DNA of 39,568 bases, taken from the IMG/VR virus record IMGVR_UViG_3300037195_001642, positions 1-39,568 of that record; one strand, written 5' to 3'. This DNA comes from a virus (lineage: Duplodnaviria > Caudoviricetes). The stretch's first letter is position 1. Each line of letters starts with the position of its first letter. Positions 35,949 through 39,568 of this stretch are shown here, piece after piece. A program made the translations under genes and the position numbers. A model generated the notes under the pieces. That model saw only the letters and a program-made list of their open reading frames with translations, was not told the origin of the DNA and made no database searches.

Positions 35949-36947
35949 TCATAGTGAATTTAAAACTCGTATAGTAAATGATTCGGGTCTCAATATTTTT
36001 TTTATGACGTAAATACTCTCATCGGCATTACCCAGCATCTGCGTAAACCATACCTGTAGACGAGTAGTATAAACATCACTTGAATTAAAAAATCCAGTGA
36101 GTCCCATTTCGGCATAAATGTTTCCACATGCAAATTCAAATTCAGCGGTAGCAAGAGAAGCAGGCGGTGGATTTATGAGACAATCGACAAAGTCAGCATC
36201 ACTCAAATTAAGATCATCATAATTGAATGTTGCAAAGGCAATCTCAATTGTTTTTGTTGAAAAGGTAGCTGGTAATACAGGTGTACTTAAATCCGCAAAA
36301 GTAAATTCATAATAAGGGCCAGTTCTTGAGGAGCCTCCGATAGCATCAGTCGTGGACTCTAAAATAGTATCGTAAAGGTTCATATTATATGATCCTTCAA
36401 CGTTTGCTGGAATACCATTTAAGATATTGGAATCGTTAAAATCTGATAATTGGCCAGCACTCCATGTATAAGAGTGGTTTGAGGTAAGATATGTATTTAA
36501 AGGTACTATTTCAGCGGTATAGGTATCGGGTATCATCGATTGATACGATACAAATGCAGCCCTCATCATAGTTTGAGCTGTTGAATCTGCTAAAATTGCT
36601 GGGTTAGAGTTGGCATCATCGAAAGCATCTCTCATACTCTTTCGGAAGCCCGAACACACAGTAATGGAGTGGGCTACCCTTCCCGTCGTTGGAATGGAAA
36701 TATTTCCTGTCCCGTCAAATCCTTGTGGAGTCCCAACAATATTTTCTGTTAGTCCTATTGTTCTAGAAGTTTCTAGTTGGGTACTCGTGGTAGCATTTCC
36801 GATAAGGTCTCCTGTCACTTGATTGACATTGAGAGTCTTTGTCCCATCACTTAACCCGTCAGTAACAGCCAAAATATTATTATTAAGCCGGGAAGGATAT
36901 AATAACTCACCATTCATCCATGTATGCGATGCTTCAATAAACGCCAT
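35949..36947 (-). CDS. Tail fibre/spike protein 1
   Basis: SHTW..RLN..DGLSDGTKTLN..GNATT..FDGT N-terminus. Confidence 0.75.
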   Translation of the reverse strand: MAFIEASHTWMNGELLYPSRLNNNILAVTDGLSDGTKTLNVNQVTGDLIGNATTSTQLETSRTIGLTENIVGTPQGFDGTGNISIPTTGRVAHSITVCSGFRKSMRDAFDDANSNPAILADSTAQTMMRAAFVSYQSMIPDTYTAEIVPLNTYLTSNHSYTWSAGQLSDFNDSNILNGIPANVEGSYNMNLYDTILESTTDAIGGSSRTGPYYEFTFADLSTPVLPATFSTKTIEIAFATFNYDDLNLSDADFVDCLINPPPASLATAEFEFACGNIYAEMGLTGFFNSSDVYTTRLQVWFTQMLGNADESIYVIKKILRPESFTIRVLNSL

Positions 36948-38689
36948 TATTCTTCCTCTAGATCTTCCATGATATATTCTCTTTCTAAAATATTTTCTAT
37001 TTCTGGTGCAGCTTTCTTTAGTTTTGGTGCAACTTTCTTTAGATCTTTCTTTAGTAAGAGCTTTCTTTTTGGTTTTGGTTTTATTCCACTAGCCTCTTGT
37101 CTAGCCTTTTTTATACCCTTTTTTCTTTCCCGTTCAAGACTTCCTTTAACTACTTTTTTCCTAATAGGACGTAGAAAAGCATCTACCGTACTCTTTACTA
37201 TTTCTGTCTTACGACCACCATAAGGAAGGGTTTCCAAAATACCTGGATTTGTACCAAAATGTTTGTTCCATGATGTCCATCCAGAAATTGTATCAAACTC
37301 TTTTAAGGCTCTCCTAGTAAACTTATTAGGATATTCTTTTAAGACTCTTACTATTTCAGTTACTTCTTGGTCTGCAAGGTTCTTCAAAGCAAATCTTTCT
37401 CCTCCACCTAATTTTTCCAACTCCGTTGTTTTTTTCCCAAAAGCTTTTAGTTTATTGTGAAGTCCTTTTGCTGCTTCATCATATTCTTTAGAAACAGCCC
37501 CTAATTTTTTTCTGAATAGTCTTCTAACTACTTGCATCCCCCTATCTCTTACCGATCCTCTTTTTATAGCAGCGTAATCAATCGCTCCATCTAGTGCCTT
37601 TATATAATTATATAGCTCTAAAGGAATCATTTTTATTGGTTCAGGTGGAAATAATGGTAGTCCCTTCTCAGTAACCATTTCATCTAGAACACCACGAGGC
37701 GGTCTTTTTTTAAGTTCTTTAATAATTTTGCCCAAGAGTGGTTTTGATGTAAACTCGGTAACTTTTCCTGTTTTATCTAATAATGCCAAATCATCGAGTT
37801 GAGGTAATATTTCGTCTAATAATTCACGAGTATCAAATGTAACATCTTCTGGTATTTTCTCTATCGCCTTCTTCATTTTTTTAGCTTCATTTTTATATAC
37901 ATCGTTCATTGAATCCCTAAAATCATCCCCAACTTTTTTTATATATTCAGGGTCATTTAATTTCTTTATAGTTAAAGTTTTATTGCCTAAAGTAGAAGCA
38001 TTTTCAAACATCTGCTCTTTTACGGTTTTGAATGCGGCATTTGCTACCTCATCACCTAATTGCTGATCTTCTAATATTTCTTTAGCTATTTTTTTATCTG
38101 TTGCTATTTTATCTGTTGCTATTTCTTTTTCCGATTTTCTTAATAGCTTTTTAGCACCTGATAAATCCGGAGGTGCTTCCCAATCATAAACGCCTTTTGG
38201 CGTTTTTGGCGTTTTAGGTGCATACTTATCCACTATCTTAGCAAGTCTAGACAAACCTTCCTTAGCCGTAGCCTTAATGGTTTCTCTTTTTGCCATTCCA
38301 CGAGCTATTGGTCCTACCATTCTAAATGCTGCTGCACCAGGAGCTATTGGAGAAAAATATTCACCTGCCTTAGCTGCAACATGAGCTGCACGTGATTGAG
38401 GATAGTGTTTTGATTTCCCTGTTCGTTCAGCTACATCAACCCCTAAAAGACGTCCTAATTCATCTTGTGTGCGTTGGGCACCTTCTGATATTGAAAATGC
38501 AATGTCCTTTCCTGTTGCTAGTGCCTCCCCTGCAGCAATAGCCATAATTTCTTCTGTAGTTCCTTTTACATTAGTTTTATATTCTGGATATTTTTCTAAT
38601 ACCCTTGTAGCAAGCTTTAGAGTTTCTACTTCATCATACTCAGGATATTTTTCTTTTATACGTTCACCAAATTCAGTTAAAGTAACCAT
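36947..38689 (-). CDS. Probable large ejection/internal virion protein
   Basis: 580 aa, helical and Lys-rich; twin KYPEY N-terminal motif; lies between pilot-like and fibre genes. Confidence 0.65.
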   Translation of the reverse strand: MVTLTEFGERIKEKYPEYDEVETLKLATRVLEKYPEYKTNVKGTTEEIMAIAAGEALATGKDIAFSISEGAQRTQDELGRLLGVDVAERTGKSKHYPQSRAAHVAAKAGEYFSPIAPGAAAFRMVGPIARGMAKRETIKATAKEGLSRLAKIVDKYAPKTPKTPKGVYDWEAPPDLSGAKKLLRKSEKEIATDKIATDKKIAKEILEDQQLGDEVANAAFKTVKEQMFENASTLGNKTLTIKKLNDPEYIKKVGDDFRDSMNDVYKNEAKKMKKAIEKIPEDVTFDTRELLDEILPQLDDLALLDKTGKVTEFTSKPLLGKIIKELKKRPPRGVLDEMVTEKGLPLFPPEPIKMIPLELYNYIKALDGAIDYAAIKRGSVRDRGMQVVRRLFRKKLGAVSKEYDEAAKGLHNKLKAFGKKTTELEKLGGGERFALKNLADQEVTEIVRVLKEYPNKFTRRALKEFDTISGWTSWNKHFGTNPGILETLPYGGRKTEIVKSTVDAFLRPIRKKVVKGSLERERKKGIKKARQEASGIKPKPKRKLLLKKDLKKVAPKLKKAAPEIENILEREYIMEDLEEE

Positions 38690-39564
38690 TAAAATTGTCC
38701 TAATTGTAACGCATCTTCAGTTATTTCTTCTGCTTCAGCTGCTTGTTGTTCTTGCATCTGGTTCAATTCATCTTCTATTTCGTCTCGCTCTTCATAAAAA
38801 GATCTAAAATCATCATCTGCTACTCCAGGCGCTGATCCATATTTCATTTTCTGTTCTATCTTATTCATCAGATGCCTTGATCTCTCTAATTTATATTTGA
38901 CAATCTCTGGAGTATCCAATGGAGTCCACGAAAGAATCGCCATAAATCTAGTAACTTCAGTATCAGGCATGGCTGCTCCTGTAAGCCCCCTTCCTACTGC
39001 CTCCATTATACTCAAGTTATTACTACGTAATAGTCTTTCCTTCTTATTATCATCGGTTGCTGCAAATCTAAGTACATTTCCTTTCCATCCTGTCATAGCA
39101 CTCTCACGTAAATTTGTGGATGAAAATTTATCGCTATCGATTCCCTTAATTACGTCTAAGGCTGTTCCTCTAGCGACTTGCATATTAGATAGGATAGTTG
39201 CTTGATTTCCTGTTAAATTTCTTGGTGGTTTTACTAGCTCTGTTCCATAATAAGTTTTAATTGCGTGTTGAGGTATACCTGCTAAAGTCTCTTTTGACAT
39301 GTCTTCTTTTTTTGTCCATCCCTTCATTTTAAATTTTTCAATGTCCATTTCTATGTTTCTTTGTTCTTTTCTATTTTCTTTATCAAGGTCTTGTTGTGCT
39401 TTAGGGGAAAGTAATCTTTTTGGTGCGGTGGTAATTACTTCTTCTTCTTCTACTTCCCCTACTCTAGGAAGTTCATCTGATACACCTAGTGCAGCTCTTC
39501 CTGTATCTCCTAACAACGGTGCATTAGGATTAATTCCTGGCGTACCTGGATATTGTTGTCCCAT
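38689..39564 (-). CDS. 3' part of the wrap-around ~444-aa probable ejection protein (starts at 617)
   Basis: In frame with 617-1 across the terminal repeat. Confidence 0.85.
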   Translation of the reverse strand: MGQQYPGTPGINPNAPLLGDTGRAALGVSDELPRVGEVEEEEVITTAPKRLLSPKAQQDLDKENRKEQRNIEMDIEKFKMKGWTKKEDMSKETLAGIPQHAIKTYYGTELVKPPRNLTGNQATILSNMQVARGTALDVIKGIDSDKFSSTNLRESAMTGWKGNVLRFAATDDNKKERLLRSNNLSIMEAVGRGLTGAAMPDTEVTRFMAILSWTPLDTPEIVKYKLERSRHLMNKIEQKMKYGSAPGVADDDFRSFYEERDEIEDELNQMQEQQAAEAEEITEDALQLGQF

Positions 39565-39568
39565 TTCA
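39407..39568. repeat. Terminal direct repeat, copy 2
   Basis: 160/162 identity to 1-162. Confidence 0.95.

Noticed and set aside
147-39205. Many short opposite-strand or nested ORFs in the track (for example 147-365, 2112-2414, 16388-16879, 38897-39205)
   Set aside because: Shadows of longer genes with recognisable motifs; no SD or family motifs
1-39568. Alternative genetic code
   Set aside because: Long conserved genes are intact in code 11, and TAA, TAG and TGA all serve as stops

Overview
The window is an apparently complete, circularly permuted genome (about 39.4 kb unique) of a temperate, podovirus-like tailed phage. Bases 1-162 repeat at 39407-39568 with 2 mismatches, and one ORF reads through that junction. 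The minus strand carries the late genes: terminase, portal, scaffold, major capsid, a SpoVG-like gene with a glycosyltransferase/methyltransferase cassette, head spike/fibre genes, adaptor and stabilization proteins, four probable ejection proteins, three paralogous tail fibres, an M15 endolysin and an exported protein. The plus strand (21.4-31.4 kb) carries early genes: HTH proteins, ERF recombinase, a replication initiator with iterons, VRR-NUC, an ankyrin protein, two XRE repressors and a tyrosine integrase followed by a tRNA-derived attP. A ParB-fused DNA methylase is inverted within the late region. The most unusual signal is a patchwork of short sequences copied between distant loci. An exact 73-bp piece of the portal gene sits in frame inside a repressor gene. 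A hairpin in the portal leader is built from 29-nt and 27-nt pieces of two genes 14-17 kb away. There are further 18-34-nt copies, fold-back hairpins and many tandem micro-duplications. Also notable are a palindromic operator (TATAACAA-N3-TTGTTATA) at five intergenic sites and an attP tRNA fragment with an Arg-like body but a GAG anticodon. All product calls come from motif recognition and gene order; no database search was run.
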